From: Botryllus schlosseri
Taxonomy: Eukaryota
Assembly (NCBI GenBank): GCA_051294905.1
Contig: CM119371.1
Span: 18,292,001 to 18,356,000 of the forward strand
Length of the DNA: 64,000 bases
Direction: 5' to 3'
The notes under the pieces were generated by a model. It was not told the origin of the DNA, made no database searches, and was given only the letters and a program-made list of their open reading frames with translations. Shown here one piece after another: positions 13,431 to 26,660 of this stretch. Position numbers and translations under genes: made by a program. Position 1 is the stretch's first letter. Each line of letters opens with the position of its first letter.

Positions 13431-14637
13431 GGATATGGGCTTAGTCAAAATCAATCGGAAAAATTAATCGTTCGTTTCATGGTCATGCGAGAATGCGGCA
13501 ACGCATTTAAAATACTGTACTGTTGGGTAACAAATGAATTGCACCTGCGGCACTAGACTGCCGTAGTCGGCACTGACCGCATAATACGCACACAAGTTAT
13601 ACTATCAGGATAGTATAGTATTGTACAATATTGTGATACAATAGGACTCAATACTATAAATTGTATTACATCTGTTTATCAATAGCAGTAGCAAGCCTTG
13701 CAGCAACGGCTGAAAGGGTATTTTCACTTGATAAAAGTATACCGAAAAACAATAGGTATTAAAGGCTTAACGCCATTCGTGTGTTGAGCGCCGTCGAGAT
13801 AGGACGTCTCATCGTGATCTCGTATAGTGATCTCGCTTTTAGTCGTGCGAAAACATCATTAATGGTAAAGCTAACAACTGAGGGCGAAATACATAAAACA
13901 CGATGAATCGGTGGGCCCGTACACCCTTATACGAGTTGCTTGTCGTTTGTTACTGCGTGGGTCATCATTGCTTCGCCATAGTCGTTCATCCTACGTTGAA
14001 ACCAACAACTTACTTCGAAGTGAGTCATATCCTGATGATAAGAGTTGCCAGCCTGTGCCCGGATTAAGCGGAGGATTGTCTGAATTATACTTTTGTTTCG
14101 TTCCTAAGCATTTTGGCCGAATAAAGCGGCTGTTCGAATAACGGAGATTCAAGTGTATCGAATCTTCTGATATTATAGATGACAAATTACATGGCGATTA
14201 TAAAGTGTAGCGGGTGGTCCATGGACAAAAGACGGCTCAAGGCAACGCCCTTGTGGGACAAGCGTTGTACTGCGTTACTGTCATCAACGCGATGTGGAAA
14301 CATATTGCCAAATATGATACTACTTAGACATCGACCGATGGGACCACTGTTGAATAATTGGTTGACCACTATCACTATGGCACATCACAAGAGAACATCA
14401 ATTGCATGTATATGCTCACTGTAAAATAGTCTCAAGATTGTTCCTTCGAGAGTATTCCGTCTCGCAAAAAATAAGAGTAGAAGATTTCCATTACCTCATC
14501 AGCATGTCTCTTCGTAGTGGTCAAGGAAGATTTTTTTTGCAAATTATCTCCCACATAAAATATGGCTATGATGCTTACCACGGGTATGCATATCTATCTA
14601 TATATGAATCATGATATTATTGTTACCTACAAACATC

Positions 14638-16068
14638 TTAATTACGACTTTTTCCGCCACTATGAACATCAATATGAGCTTTCAAGTGCGATTTTCTATT
14701 GAATTTTTTCTCACAAACATCGCATTCATAATTTTTGATACCAGCATGAATTTCAAGATGCTTCCTTATGTTCGATTGCGTAGTAAATCGCCACCCGCAA
14801 ATACAACATTCGTGATTCTTGACACCTGTATGCATATCCAAATGATTGTTCAAGTTCTGCTTTTGAGAAAATTCTCTCCCACAAATATCACATTTATGAT
14901 GTTTGATACCAGCATCTGCAGCATGAGTACCGAGATGGCACCTCAGGTAAGATCTTGAAGTAAATCCTCTCCCACAAACACCACAGATTATATTATTCTT
15001 GATACCAACATGCACATCCATATGGATATTGAGGGATTGCCTGGTAGTGAATTCCTTTCCACAGACAATGCAGCTATGACTCTTGACACTTGCATGCACA
15101 TCAGTATGAGTTCTGAGTTGACTGCTATGAATAAATTCTTTTCCGCAAATTTCACACTCATATCTTTTGACACCTACATGTATAGCGAAATGATTCCGGA
15201 GACATGACTTCTGAGAAAATCTTTTCCCACAAATTTCACATTCATGATTCTGAACACCAGCATGCTTATCCAAATGATTCCGGAGTCGCCACCTCTGAGC
15301 AAATCCTTTCCCACAAATATAGCATTTATGATTTTTGACATCATAATGAATACCAACATGAATTTTCAAGCTAGATCTTGCAGTAAATACTTTCCCACAA
15401 ACGTCACAGCTATGATTGACTCCAGCATGCATGTCAGTATGAACCTTCAGATTACTACTTCGAGCAAATTCCCTCCCACAAATTTCACATTCATGATTTC
15501 GTATGCTTGTATGAGTATCAAGATGCCTCTTCAAATCTTGTTTTACGGTAAATTCTTTTCCACAAACATCACATTTATGATTTTTGACATCAGTATGAAT
15601 ATCAAGATGATTTTTCAAGTTGGATCTTGCAGTAAATACTTTTCCGCAAACACCACAGCTATATTTGACACCGAGATGCCTATCGGTATGAACCTTCAGA
15701 TTACTTATGGCAAATGCTTTCCCACAAATTTCACATTCATGCTTTCTCACGCCAGTATGAATACCAAGATGATTCTTCAAGCTAGATCTTGCAGTAAATA
15801 CTTTCCCACAAACATCACATCTATGATTGACACCGATATGCCTATCAGTATGAACCTTCAGATTACTACTTTGAGCAAATGTTGTCCCACAAATTTCACA
15901 TTCATGATTTCTCACGCCAGTATGAGTATCGAGATGCCTCTTCAAGCCCTGCCTTGCGGTAAATTCTTTTCCACAAATAGAGCAATTGTGATTTTTGATA
16001 AGTATACGTTGTTCACCGACTGTATGCATCATCATATGCCTCCTCAAGCTGAATCGATAAGAGAACAC
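14638..16068 (-). CDS. Tandem C2H2 zinc-finger protein, 16 fingers (paralog 1)
   Basis: Uninterrupted ORF with 16 CxxC-x12-HxxxH motifs (finger 4 is one residue short); first in-frame ATG at 16035; true 5' structure unknown. Confidence 0.93.
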   Translation of the reverse strand: MFSYRFSLRRHMMMHTVGEQRILIKNHNCSICGKEFTARQGLKRHLDTHTGVRNHECEICGTTFAQSSNLKVHTDRHIGVNHRCDVCGKVFTARSSLKNHLGIHTGVRKHECEICGKAFAISNLKVHTDRHLGVKYSCGVCGKVFTARSNLKNHLDIHTDVKNHKCDVCGKEFTVKQDLKRHLDTHTSIRNHECEICGREFARSSNLKVHTDMHAGVNHSCDVCGKVFTARSSLKIHVGIHYDVKNHKCYICGKGFAQRWRLRNHLDKHAGVQNHECEICGKRFSQKSCLRNHFAIHVGVKRYECEICGKEFIHSSQLRTHTDVHASVKSHSCIVCGKEFTTRQSLNIHMDVHVGIKNNIICGVCGRGFTSRSYLRCHLGTHAADAGIKHHKCDICGREFSQKQNLNNHLDMHTGVKNHECCICGWRFTTQSNIRKHLEIHAGIKNYECDVCEKKFNRKSHLKAHIDVHSGGKSRN

Positions 16069-16310
16069 TGAGGCGACTGAGCAGCAATTGTCTCAATATC
16101 TCAACGATGACGAGTCACAATGAAGGCTCACAACACGTGGCTCAGTGTCTGGCCTTTCAGAAAAATTCTTTCCATGAACACGCGGCAGGGTTTTTGATGA
16201 CACGGAAAGTTGATGTTAGAGTCCAAGATACAGTGCGCGGGTTGTGCAACGAGCCTGTATTTGTTGTTCCACTTGAAAGGTCTACGCATTGGGTTTCGTA
16301 TAAAGCTAGA
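16069..16310 (-). other. Conserved 5' part of the ZNF exon with candidate splice acceptor
   Basis: Minus-strand ...cattctag|cttt conserved in all three paralogs (exon would start at 16305, 44820, 61458); no shared open frame into the fingers. Confidence 0.45.
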
Positions 16311-18480
16311 ATGGATGTGATATAAAATAAAGCACAGCTTGCTTTTGGTGTCAACATTTTATGGAAATCAGAATGACCAAGAAAGTCAACCGATAACACA
16401 TATATCTCGAGCCCCAAAACACACCAAGGTTTCAAAATGGAAATGTCAGGAAGAAGTATCTGTCTGCAATTTCCGACAATACAGGCCATAGGTAATATTT
16501 AGATTTCATATCGAATTGTATTAGCTAGCAAGTAGAATTAGCTGTTATATATTGTTAAATATATCCAATAACTGAAGACAACAAGACACCTGGATACGCC
16601 AGGAAGACGTCAGTTTTTGCGGGGTATCAGTCGGCAACCTAAACAGAAATTTGGATTACACCTTCGTCAGCTACACATGACGGAAGACATGCAATGTTCG
16701 ATTTTGAAGATTTAGTTCTGCATTAATCAGTTCGGAGACACTCTCAAAATTAAAGGGATCCAAGTATAGTTTCGACTTACATTTAACACAGTCAATTGTT
16801 TAGGGATAGTCGCAATTATCAATCCCCTGGGAATAAAAATTACACGTATACACTATACACATATGTTAGCTGTAACAAGCTAATAAACATCTGTGGCTCT
16901 CAATCGGGCAAATCATTTCTATGGGGTCTGAGAAGCCAAGATGAATAAGCTAAATGATCCGAATTCGCGTTAAAATTTGAGAGTGTCCGCAGGGACCTTC
17001 ACGGACAAAATAATATTTGCAAAGGCAAGAAGGTTGCGAGCCACTGTAACATCCTATGCTAAGCTCAAGTTATATTATAGTTTTGGGCTTTTATTAATGA
17101 AGATTTCGATTGAAGACTGGCATTTTCTCCAGCCACTAGGTCGGATATAGAAAAGCGACATAGACCAATATTCAGTGCTTCGGATTATTAGGGGCAAATT
17201 GGTTCCAGCATAACGGGAAGTCGCAAATCGACTGTGAACAAAATTGTACAAACTACCGATCTATTCAACTACCTACTGTTTTTTTTTGAGTAATTCTGGT
17301 TGCATATTTTTAAATGTGTGTATTTCTAGTTTCAGTAGCACACTGAAAAATGATTGCCGAACAACTAGAAAAAATATGTCGTTTGGCGTGACCCGTAATA
17401 GTGTTGTTCTGTCGTGTGATATTCATACAGCCATCGCTAGCTCAGAGTCATATCTAATAACAGTAGCGTAGCCTGAGAGCTGAAAAAAATTAGTATGATG
17501 CAATAGACCAGTGTTGGAATGACCCGTGTCATGACTTGATTTGAGTCACCTTGCAAAAATGACTACTCTTTGACTTGACGTTACAGAAATGCGGAAACCC
17601 ACTCCTTTTCAAGCGCGGAACCCTGTCCACTGAAATGCCCATTTGAACTCTTATATCCGATCGCAATTCATTATTTCATATTATCAGTGCTGCGTGTAGC
17701 CAACCAGCGAAAAGCGTGTTGCCGATTAGCGAGCTCGTCTGCGTGGACCGTAACGCGATCCTTCGCTGATGTTGTTTTTCATTTTGTACGCGAAATTATG
17801 TCATTGATTGCTGTGCGCTCGCCGCAATCTTCCCAAGCCTGATTTATCGGGTCTCCACCAAGCCTAGCTCCACTAGCCTGCACACTGTGCACAGTATGGT
17901 TGTTCAAGAGAAACATTTTTCCGGATTCCAGTCATGCACTTATTACACTGTCAGGTTACTCTAACAAAAACGCTGCACACCAAATTTGATTTAATTCTAA
18001 CAAGTATAGGCAGCCGCACAGCCACGTAAAAATTTTAATTTATTGAAAGAATAAATCACATTTTTCTGTTAACCCAGTGAAAAATGTGGAGTTGTCTTCA
18101 AAAACGCTGCAAAATAAATTTGACACATTTCCAATTAGTAGAATTGGACTAAATCGGATTGAAGATTTTCGTTGATAATTTTCTTAACAACTCTACTGCA
18201 CATTGCAATACACAATCGTATCTGCAATGGGCCTGGGGTAAAAGAAATTATCGCTGGCTTAACTATCGCGTCTCGAGCCTCGCAGGCTTTTGCTCCTATA
18301 TCTTGATAGCTTGAAGCAGGGTTGTAGCCAAGTCACAAGGTTCCGAGTCACAAGTCAAACTCAATTTTAGAGTTTTGATTCGAGTCATTTTCAATTCATC
18401 AGCGAGCCAAGTCGGAGCCCAAGGCATTCATGTGTAGCAGACTGCTGATGCGTCGAATGTCTAACTCATCATGTTTACAG

Positions 18481-19712
18481 CAGTGGTGTCAAACATACGG
18501 ACCGCCAGACGATTTCATCCAGTCCGCGAAGCAATTCTGGGTACACTGAAAAATTCGTTTATTATCCAGGTCATTTCTAAAAAATATTAGGATTTTCTGT
18601 AAGAAATACTTCCAATAAATAATCCCTCGCCACTACAAAAGTAAGCAATATTCATGGGCCCCATTCTAACCGTCCGACAGCGGTGTTGTGATTTCGCTCT
18701 AGTCACCTTTAGCAACAAGTTGCTCACATTGACACCACATTCCGAGAAGGCGGAAAATGTACATACAGAGGTCAGTACGTTATGGAAAATGGACCTAAAA
18801 CTAGTTATTCACAGGGTTTAGCATACGTCCTCTTTCAGAAGGATTCTTCCTCTTTTTTTCACAAAATTTAAAGTGTCCTCGGAGGCGTATAAGTGTCCTC
18901 TTTTTTGGAATTTGTCTTATCTTTTCCGAAGAAATATTAAAATGCCATCGATAAGTCGTCTATGACCGTTAGACAGAATTGTTGGAAAGTGGGTAATGCG
19001 GGAGTCGATCACAACGATGACATTATTTTAGTCAACAAAGTATTGGCGGAAAATTTTTCAAATCCACTAGTTATTTTAGCCAGTCGCAGAGCTTTCAGAA
19101 TTTTTGTAAAGTGTCATCTATTTTGGGATCTCAAAATATGGTAACTAGGCTTGCATTCAAATAATGACTTTGGCACTACGTTTAATAAAAAATTGTGCAT
19201 TTTTCAATTTGTAAAATTATACCATGATTGTGCAATTACTTTCCAAAAAACATGTTGTATTAGCCTGCGGACAATTACCACCCATAATAAGGCGACGTAT
19301 CGATATGGGATGGTTGGAACCCACAAATAGTCGGTTCAACAGCTATAGTACAGATACTTCGTCAAAGGAGCTATATTTACCCTATATATTTTCAATTGTT
19401 AATTTCAGTTCATCATGACGTCACAATTGAATATTCGTGACGTTATGGCTTATAAAAACAAGTTTGAAACAAGGCCCTTGTTTGTTTCAAATTAATTTTT
19501 TTAATGCAATCATGATAGTAACGCTACCCTATGATCCATAATATAATGCAATATATTATTGCGTATAGCAGCCTGATAATAAAGTATTCTAATGAAAATA
19601 ACATGGGCATCGATTTTGAGTTAATATTTTGGAATAATTTGACTGGTGCGGCCCGCGAGCGATCTGAAGATTTGAATCCGTCTCGCGGCGCAAGTTGAGT
19701 TTGACACCCCTG
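18481..19712. mobile_element. hAT (Charlie-like) MITE with nested elements
   Basis: TIR cagtggtgtcaaac / gtttgacacccctg; perfect TSD gtttacag; empty paralogous site at 2581-2600; nested TAGGGTTACCATA-family relic 18812-19147. Confidence 0.92.
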
Positions 19713-19896
19713 GTTTACAGCAAATCAGATCGACGGGCATATAAATAAGTTGTGTGCTAGATCTTGATGTTACTGAAAGAATAAATTGCAATACTTATAT
19801 TATAACGCGAAACAATAACTTCATATTGTCAATTTATTCTCTAAAAGCTTTTCGACTGACTCTCATCAGTAGCGAACGTCAGTAATAGGGTGAAAC

Positions 19897-20475
19897 TATA
19901 GATAACTAACCTTCGGATAGATACGCAACACCCGTCGTCACGCTTACTTGCCCGGAGTGAATTACTTCTCAGCAATCTGAACGCAGCACAATTGTTAATC
20001 CCATAGCTGACGACCCACGTGCTTAAATTCAATAAAGTTGATCTTATTTGAAAACTACTGTCGCACTGATTCCGAAAATATACATTAAAATGTTATCAGG
20101 ACAATGGAACTCCTTGAAATACACCTCAAAGTCTGAAAATCGGCATTGTTCTAAACAATCGCAGCGACGCGGCACAATGACCATAACAATGCTCTTTGCG
20201 TGGTTGCGATTGTTCAGAACAATGCCGATTTTCAGACTATGAGATGTATTTTTTCAAGGGGGTTTCATTGCCCTGATTAGATTTTATTGTATATTTTCGG
20301 AATCAGTGCGACAGTAGCTTTCAAATAAGATCAACTTTATTGAATTCAAGCACGCAGGTCGTCAGCTATTGGATTGGCAATTATGTTGCGTTCAGATTGC
20401 TGAGCAGTAATTGCCTCCGGGCAAGCAAGCGTGACGACGGATGTTGCGTATCTATCCGTAGGATAGTTATCTATA
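19897..20475. mobile_element. ~580-bp foldback element, P-superfamily/Galileo-like
   Basis: Near-perfect palindrome tatagataactaacc ... gatagttatctata; 7-bp direct repeat gtgaaac at 19890-19896 and 20476-20482. Confidence 0.85.
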
Positions 20476-20710
20476 GTGAAACAAATTCAAAGTGTATGAA
20501 ATATTTTGTCTGTACTGTGAGGTGAAATATTTTGTATGACGTAATAATAACATAAACAAACAGCTAGTAGACAGGCAAGATGCGGTAGTAACGATACAAA
20601 ACAAAAGAATGGATTAACAATATGAATAGACAATATGAAGTTACTGTTTCGCGTTATTCTGAAGTTCTGTACCCCAAACGGCTTGTTCAAATAATTTTAT
20701 TACACATTTG

Positions 20711-21095
20711 TCTAGATGGTGGTCTAGGAACCTCGAGCCCTGAGTAGTATTTAGCATTTCCCGTGCGTTGCAGCCTTGCTCATCCTCACTTCGATTAGGC
20801 CAAGGCTGGCCAACTTGCGACCGTCAATATATGCAATTTGAATTTACAAATTACTTACATAATCTTTGAGGGATTCTAATTCAACATAACAATTTTCTTC
20901 ACAGTTCAGGGTGACATGGATTTTTCGTGTCAATATAATAATATGTCCTCGCAATCTGAGCCAGATCGCGTACAAATGCAAACTGGAGGGGAAAACGATG
21001 CGCCCCATAAAAAGACTAAGTCGGAATCGTGTGCGTCACACGAATGAAGGTTTTTCAGACACATTTGGGCGACTCGCTTGACTCTACCGACAATT
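20711..21095. repeat. Segment duplicated at 63601-64000 (upstream of paralogs 1 and 3)
   Basis: tctagatggtggtc.aggaacctcgagccctgagtagtatttagcattt... aligns closely by eye over ~390 bp. Confidence 0.95.
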
Positions 21096-22874
21096 TTACT
21101 GGGAGGTCAAGATCTAACGACATGTAACAAAGTGATCTATAGAAACCGAAAGATGCGTTAACAATAATATCGCGGCCGAAGTTTTCGAAGACACTCCTTC
21201 CATCAGCTCTGCTGATTAATCTGATTATGTTGGCTGAGATTGAATAATATTTTAATAGTAATATAGGAAACTACCAACACTATCGACGACGATGAAGTGC
21301 GATCGAGGGAGACAGGTGAGGCTACTGCCCAGCCTGTCGCCAGGATGAGTAAAATTGTGAAAACCTCCAATTTTATTATTGATATTTACCGTCGATGCTT
21401 ATGAATGAATGAATTTGAATATTTTTTCATCCAATATCAACTAATTTTCATATTAATTGTTAGATATACGCGAAATGAGAGGTGAGGCACACCTACCACA
21501 ATGCAATTCATCATTAACAGCTCAGAATTCGTATTAACTGGTATCTATCAAAAGTTAATGTCGCATCGATTCCGAACATCCTAATATTAACCATATAAGA
21601 GCACTGGAACCCCTCACAATTGCCAAGGAATGTGAAATTCGGCATAATTACGTAAAATGGCGCCGCACAATAGCCTGGTAAGGCGCAATCGAATCTCCCT
21701 CACTAACTATTCGCTATCAATATGTACAAGTACAATCGCAGCATAGTGAAACGCGCTATCGATTTCGGAAACCGACAGTGTTGCATGAATTGTATAGTAG
21801 CGATGGCCAATACGTAACGAGGAGCACATACTGATGTAGCTGTTCTGTACTTTCCATGCATATAGCTACGTTAAATTGTGGTTGTGATAGCAGCGTAGGC
21901 TACATAATCTGCGTTGTGGCCTTTGTGGTGTCTTCGACTGCAAAAAATATTTACAGCAGGTCGATTTTCTATGTTTGATTCCATATCTACCAACTTGTGG
22001 CACGGCCCACTTATAGGTATGTGTAAGACCCGATTACATGGTGCGGATGGCGAGGAGTAGCCTAGCCTGCGTGTGATGATGACTTATGTTGTGTTAAGAA
22101 ACAGAACGCCAAAACACTCAGTTAACCTTGTACGTTTTATATATTTAGTGAATCATAATCCATATACATCTGCATCGCCGATCACAATCATGAATCTAAC
22201 CCTGAATGACGCCTTCAACGAAGTTTGATGTTAGCGAGTGACATATTTAGTTTTCCTGACACAGTGTCCATTTAAATCTCGTAAACATGGAGATTGGACG
22301 AGCGATGGGTAATTAAGAATATAAAACCAAAATTAGAATCTTCAATAAAATATTTTGATGTTTTTCGTTTCATCCTTTTCGTTCAGCAATCAGTATCAAA
22401 TAACTGTATTGAAGGGAAAAAAAATTAAATATGTATTGCAGAATGTTGAATTGTAACGTATTACATGGTGCAAATAGAACTTTCTCGCCTTGCGATTTCT
22501 CTTGCTGTTGTTATCCACATATTTGTGTATATTTAATTATTAATCAGTTACTTTGAACGTGTTTGTGTGAGTGTATATAGGGGGGTCAGTGCCTCACCAG
22601 CTATGAACCTCACAGCACGTCACCGATCGACTAAATTCATTCAAAAGCCTGAATGAAAACATTTTTACGTTCCGCGCGACTAGAAACCTCATCTCAATAA
22701 TTTTTTCCTGATATTTATACTCGCAATTTTTATGCATGCATAGTAAGTATGCGGCCCGAGTATTTGTCGTCCCGATTGGCTATGACGTATCTCCGTTGGA
22801 ATACGCCAGTTATGCTATATGAATGCAATCGAAGTGTGTCTTAATACGGAATCGGTGTATTATATGGTCAGGGG

Positions 22875-24811
22875 CAATGTTTCCTCTAATTTTTCACGAG
22901 TCTGCGCAAACACGCCAACTCACTGCGCAGGCCCTTGGACAACAGTGCGCAACCAGGCCCCCATAGTGTGATATATATATGTTCTGGGGGACTTCGACCC
23001 CCAGACCCCCCTTGGGCTGTGCGGTTTTTACCGCTGCGTATCATTTACATTGGCAGACCGTTCGGTGGGTGTGACGTCTGAACGCGCGAAGCGCGAAAAA
23101 GTTATGTAAGTCATGATTGAGTCGGTATATTGCTATCAACTTTTTATGCTCTCTCTGCTCACGTAATCAGATTTACTGGTTGAGCTGATCGAGTCAGGTA
23201 TGTTGAAAAATGTATAGGACCCCTAAATAGTACTTAAAGGTATTCGGGCGTAACTACTTATGTCTTCCGTTTTCACATGCTGCGACAACCATTCCATGTA
23301 AAATGGCTCTCCCCTCTTTGTTAATTTGGCTTGGTGAAGGGATGAGCATGAGAAACTACCCATTCGTTTTGTCATCATTAAAAGAGATCATTATAAACAG
23401 TGACAATCAGAATTAGCGAGTATTCACTCAACGTTGGCCACACAGGCAAGCAGCTAGCCGAAACATTTGTTGCGACACAAATGGACGCTTGTAGCCGCAA
23501 GTACTATAGACCAGTGGTTCTCAACCTTTTATTAGACACGCCCCCCTGTTTGATAGTGAAAAAGTTCGCGCCCCCCTTATCGTCATATCACAAAATCCAC
23601 CCGGGAGGCTAGCAACCCCAACAGATTCTTTGATGGTATGGACGGTTATGAATGTTGATGAGAGAATAAAAATATATGAAATTGGGTCTATATAGAGAGA
23701 AACACGCAGGCATTGGAGGTAAATCGCGCGAAGCGCGAAAATTTTTTTCAGGTGACCGCATCTTCGCGCCCCCCTTCAGATGTTTCACGCACCCCAAGGG
23801 GGCGCGCCCTCCAGGTTGAGAACCCCTGCTATAGACGGCGAATCGTAATTCTGTGCGACCGTATGTGACATGGGGACATATAGATTACTAGTAGACATAC
23901 ACGGTTACACACACACACGACTGGCACGAAAACGCACTTCAAATCAATACATGTGATCGATGTTAAAACACTGATGTGACGTCTTATTAATACCGGCAAT
24001 ACACTCATTACTATCAAGACATACAGTAATTTATATTGATACGAATATTCAAGTCTGACCGAAGCAAGAACAATATTAGCGTATGACCTCATCGACAGAA
24101 CATTCCCGTTCAAACGAATCGAATAAAATCAAAATTTCTGCTGCTGAAAAGCTGATTTAATTCAACGCCCCACAGTGCGCAGTTAAAGCATATGCCGATA
24201 CACGTTTGCAAGGGGATGGATTTTTTCAAAAATATTGGTGCTTGTACTTGCATATTCTGCATATTATGCTATCTCACCATACGTGATCATATTTGCCTGA
24301 TGGAAGTGATGACTTCGAAAATTCACATGTAATTGTACAGTAAATCTTATGCAATGTTCATGCCACGCGAAGAATACTATTCGTTAGTTTCTCGCAGATT
24401 AACTTCGAGTTAGTCCATTGTTATTTATAACTTTGTTAAACCATGTTATTTCACCATTCCCAGAAAAAGACACCGCTACTAAAATGATATCAGTATCGCT
24501 GACGCGTACGAGATCATACTAAAAGAAAAATGTCTTTCGTGAGGCCCACGTCATTGCAAATTATCATTTGTTCACAGTGCGCAATTGTACCTCGGTTTCA
24601 GACTTCAGCGAGAACACTATCTGCCCTTGGCAATGTTCCCTCTAATTTTTCACGAGTCTGCGCGCTTGCGCGGTACCTTGGAGAACAGTGCGCAACGATT
24701 AAAAAAAATGTCATCACTTCAGATTTTTTGTGCGCAGCTTAGATTTTCTGTGCGCAGAGACCGTTTCAGCACTGCGCATTTGCGCACGTGCGCAGCTTAG
24801 AGGGAACATTG
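22875..24811. mobile_element. Composite hAT-like element (CAATGTTCCCTCTAA TIR) with two left ends
   Basis: Perfect TSD gtcagggg at 22867-22874 and 24812-24819; complete 181-bp MITE at 24631-24811 plus an extra left end at 22875. Confidence 0.75.
23512..23828. mobile_element. hAT (Charlie-like) MITE
   Basis: TIR cagtggttctcaacct / aggttgagaacccctg; perfect TSD ctatagac; relative at 54781-55093. Confidence 0.93.
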
Positions 24812-25779
24812 GTCAGGGGTGTACGAGTTTTGGGTGAACGTTAAAAAGATGTATCACGAAAGAGGTTGAAGAGCCCTGATGTAGTTTTATACATATGCAT
24901 TATGCATATGCAAACACAGAATGGGAAACCTGAATAGGCTCCTTAATCACGGTTCACAGGGAAAAGATATCGGTACTTGAGGCAGTGTTGGGATCAAGTC
25001 ACTACCTTCGAGTCACGAGTCACATCGAGTCATTGCACATTTTGACTCGAGTCAAGTCAAGTTAATCGATCTTTAAAGGTGACTCGAGTCAAGTCAAGTC
25101 ACTCGATTTTTGGAGGTGACTCGAGTCAAGTCGAGTCAAGTCAAGTCAAGTCACGAGTCAAGTCACATTTCAAGTCAAGTTGGCTTTTCGAAGTGTGAGA
25201 CATGATTACGTCATTTCAATTTGCTAGCTGTCTGATATACAAATTGAGTGGTTATTGATTCCGAACCGATGAATGAATATAGAGTTAAATACACATACAC
25301 GCAAGAAGGCGCTGCATCGCTCACATATACGTAAAACTGTTAAACTGCGCAATTGCATAGTCTCAGTTTATAGTTACCAGACGAAATCGAGAATAGAGAA
25401 AAAATTGATAAGATGCAATACATTACCCATTTACAAATGGATATGATACAATTCGAGCCTGCGTCAATGGTTGAGAATTATAAACTATATTCGAATTCAA
25501 TTTCAATAAAACAAGAGGTTTGGATAAGGTAAGAACAGAGAACAGAAATAGATGTTTTGCTATATTATTACTTTACAACTAGAGTTACGACAACGTAAGC
25601 TGTAAGTGTCGATCACTTCGTTTGCGGTCAATTTATTTGTGAGGGAACAATCGAGGCTCAGTGAAATGCACTATCATTCAATGATTGGTCGTTCTCACGG
25701 GTGGTGCACCGGCGTTTCGCGAAGAATCCGAACATATGCAAGATACAGTGATTTTTATCGACACCGATTACTTGATGAC

Positions 25780-26660
25780 TAGGGCAATTTTTTTTTGACA
25801 TGTCAAAAAAAGTCAAAATTAGGTCAAAATTGTAGCGTTAGGTCAAAATTTGTCAAAATTGTTTACAAAGTCAAACATTTTTTGACCTCTGCATTTCGTT
25901 TGTATCGTAGATTTTGCGCTGTCGGTGAACTTAACATTTGATATTTTACAGCTTGTAGCCTACTTTATAAGCCTACCGTTGTAAACGGACCATCGTCTGC
26001 TCATTATGAATCATAAATGGTCAAATGAAACAAATAGTGACATGGTTTTATGGTCAACGTACCGCAATATCCTAGCTGAAGCAAGACTGCTTGGACATTG
26101 CATGGTTCTTATATCAAGAAGTGCAAGCTGAAAAATTGTGATATAGACAACATTGTCAGAATGAAGCAACACGGTTTGTCACCAGCAGTGTGCATACAAC
26201 TTGAGTGTTGTCAGCCAACAAATGCTGCTGTTGAACGTTCTTTCTCCGTTCTTGGCAAGCTACGTAGTAAGGACAGACACTTTCTACCCGAGAATGTAGG
26301 AAAGGATCTTTCGTTGTACTACAACAAATTTTAATTATTTCCACCAGAATACGTAATGTAACTACTGGAATTCTTCATAGGGCCAGATTTCGTTAAAATA
26401 CTAGTTTTTCATGTCAAAATCTGTCAGTTTTTGAGGCCAAAACGTTTTTTTCAGGCCAATCTACTTTGTAAGGACAGACATTTCCAACCAGAAATGAAGA
26501 TAAGTAGTACAATTTTAACATTATATGCGAAAACACCTAATTTGCATACGTGAGGTCAGAATTTGGTCAAATTTCAGTATTTTTTAGGTCAAAAAAGGTC
26601 AAAATTTAGATTTTTTAGGTCAAAATCTTCCGTTTTTTAGGTCATAAAAACATTGCCCTA
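25780..26660. mobile_element. hAT deletion derivative (TAGGGCAAT TIR, ggtcaaaa repeats)
   Basis: Perfect TSD ttgatgac; TIR tagggcaat / attgcccta; nested in 24983-26839. Confidence 0.92.
26098..26334 (+). pseudogene. hAT transposase C-terminal dimerization-domain remnant
   Basis: QPTNAAVERSFSVLGKLRSKDR matches the P(T/S)S..(V/C)ER.FS motif of hAT dimerization domains; lies inside a TIR/8-bp-TSD element. Confidence 0.8.

Noticed and set aside
14611..16071. Long plus-strand ORFs overlapping the ZNF genes (also 43927-44457, 59008-59775, 60977-61216)
   Set aside because: Antisense shadows of repetitive finger codons; no independent protein features.
16157..16489. Upstream ORF (also 61310-61591) as the missing ZNF effector domain
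   Set aside because: Ends in a stop before the fingers, is broken in paralog 2, and persists only in the recent duplicates.
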